A stretch of 63,940 bases of DNA, filler included, from Phoronis australis (lineage: Eukaryota; Animalia; Phoronida), in assembly GCA_002633005.1 (NCBI GenBank). It is 9 parts of 9 records of this genome, joined end to end, with 100 filler letters (N's around TTAATTAATTAA, not from the genome) between each part and the next. Parts side by side here need not be neighbours in the genome. Positions count along the whole stretch, not along the records: positions 61,525 to 63,940 come from NMRA01003679.1; 8 more parts are not named here. One strand, written 5' to 3'. Shown here piece by piece: positions 62,566 through 63,940 of the stretch (the stretch's first letter is position 1; every line of letters starts with the position of its first letter). The notes beneath the pieces were generated by a model, which was not told the DNA's origin, searched no databases, and was given only the letters and a program-made list of their open reading frames with translations. The translations under genes and the position numbers were made by a program.

Positions 62566-62886
62566 CTCGCCCATTTAAAAACATTTTCAAGTAGCCATTG
62601 AACGTCCCTTCGTATTTGTAGACAACACACGACTTGATGTGATTGTAATAAGACACAACCACGTCTTTAGGATTTCGAATGTTATATATTATCTTGCATT
62701 TTTTGTTAAGAACGTCACGTGGCATCCGGTGCAATGCCAAGTGTGTGTCGAGAACACGCGGACTGGCCATGGCCGCCATTTCTGAGAAGGGAGTCACTTC
62801 GTAGAAGTTGTTGTCTTTACAATCCTCAACGTTTTCAGCTGAATCAGCCAGAACCATTTTTATTATGTCGTACGTCCAATGAGCAC
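62566..62886 (-). CDS. Cytosolic sulfotransferase (SULT1-like) internal exon
   Basis: 321 bp, phase 1/1; SPRVLDTHL, KIIYNIRNPKDVVVSYYNH (3'-phosphate-binding motif). Confidence 0.92.
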
Positions 62887-63912
62887 CTTAAAGAAAATTA
62901 AGATGTTTCTTAGCTTGTAGTCCCACACTGAGCTTAGGTCAAGCCGCAATCGAAAATTTCAAAATCGAATACTGTAATTTAGCGGCGGCGCATCTTCTCG
63001 TTAGGGTAACTATATACTGGATTCTATTCGCCCCATAATGCGTTATCTTGCATAGTTAGGCACGTGTCGTATTAAAGAGTCAAAACCAAAGATTTCACCC
63101 AATTAAACACGAACCAAAACAATGATGGTGACTGCTTCTAGCTTTAAGTGCGTTCGCGAGACTGGCGGCTTCCATCATTCTGGAAGTAAACATGTTCACG
63201 TAAACACCCACCCTGCCACGGCGTCGGNGTATTTTGGTAGTGTTCTGAGTTGGCACTGAACCCGGTTATATGAAACGGCCAAATAGGTACTCAACTATGT
63301 ACCACAACTTCTCGCTGTATTTGTGGACTTGTGGAAACCCAGACTGACGCCAATGATGCATCAGCAGATGACAGTGTGAGCATAGACTGAAATCGTCAAA
63401 ACTGGGTTTTGTATCCTTTTAAGGACTAACTCCGCACTTATTTCATTGATTGAAATAAAAGCTTAATTTTTAGATATACTGTTAGAAAATGTCATCGTCA
63501 AAGGGGAACTGATATATAAGGGAAATGGTAGGAAAAGATAACATTTGTGAGTAAAGTGCAACACAAATACGCAGAATATTTTGAGAACTTAGTTGGAACT
63601 GTTTCGTGAAATTGATCGAGCACTGGACCCCTGTTCTCCTAAATACGTCTATTTACATGCTGCCACTTATTGTGTATACGGGAGCATGTCACTCAACAGT
63701 TGTCATTACGTTACCACCACAATGTAGTCTATGTTTGCCATTTCATGTTGAATTGACATTTCCCGAACCCACACTTTGATTGGAAACTACAGTATTGTAT
63801 TGCAGATGAAAACTTTCCAATTTTGATTTTCAGGCTTATTCTAGGTACATCAAGAAATGGGTCGTGCAAACCAAGACCCTGGAAATCAACACTTTCGAAA
63901 ATAATTTTATAC

Positions 63913-63940
63913 CGCATTTGGGATAACCAGCAATCCAAAT
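63913..63940 (-). CDS. Sulfotransferase upstream exon end with 5'-PSB loop (IWIAGYPKCG), runs off the window
   Basis: G|GTATAA donor, phase 1, joins 62886 to give YPKCGAHW. Confidence 0.8.

Overview
AT-rich, intron-rich animal DNA (probably a marine invertebrate; taxon is inference). It is not one locus. Nine unrelated contigs are joined by eight artificial 100-bp linkers (44 N + TTAATTAATTAA + 44 N): 1-7659, 7760-15655, 15756-29088, 29189-33943, 34044-42315, 42416-52008, 52109-58321, 58422-61424 and 61525-63940. Gene neighbourhood across linkers is therefore meaningless. Most real genes are split into short exons that the ORF track misses. By reading splice sites and phases I reconstructed parts of: an ABCC/MRP transporter NBD1 (three exons duplicated, probably as a haplotype artefact), a 3-exon FAM111-like serine protease domain, IFT43 (4 exons), PPIL1 (1 exon), a cytosolic sulfotransferase (2 exons), a single-exon family-B/Methuselah-like 7TM receptor, a lone transmembrane exon, and a small secreted protein whose Caspr/neurexin-IV-like terminal exon lies inside a 1117-bp tandem array. 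The rest is dense with DNA transposons (hAT with 5- and 6-bp TSDs, PIF/Harbinger, Kolobok, Helentron-type HINE), LINE relics and minisatellites. I see no CRISPR array, rRNA or intact tRNA, and no clearly new multi-gene system. The best leads are the terminal-exon array, the intron-containing FAM111-like protease, a triple-nested transposon carrying about 11 co-oriented CTCF-like motifs, and the uORF/stop-interrupted GPCR. All homology calls are from motif recognition, not database searches.
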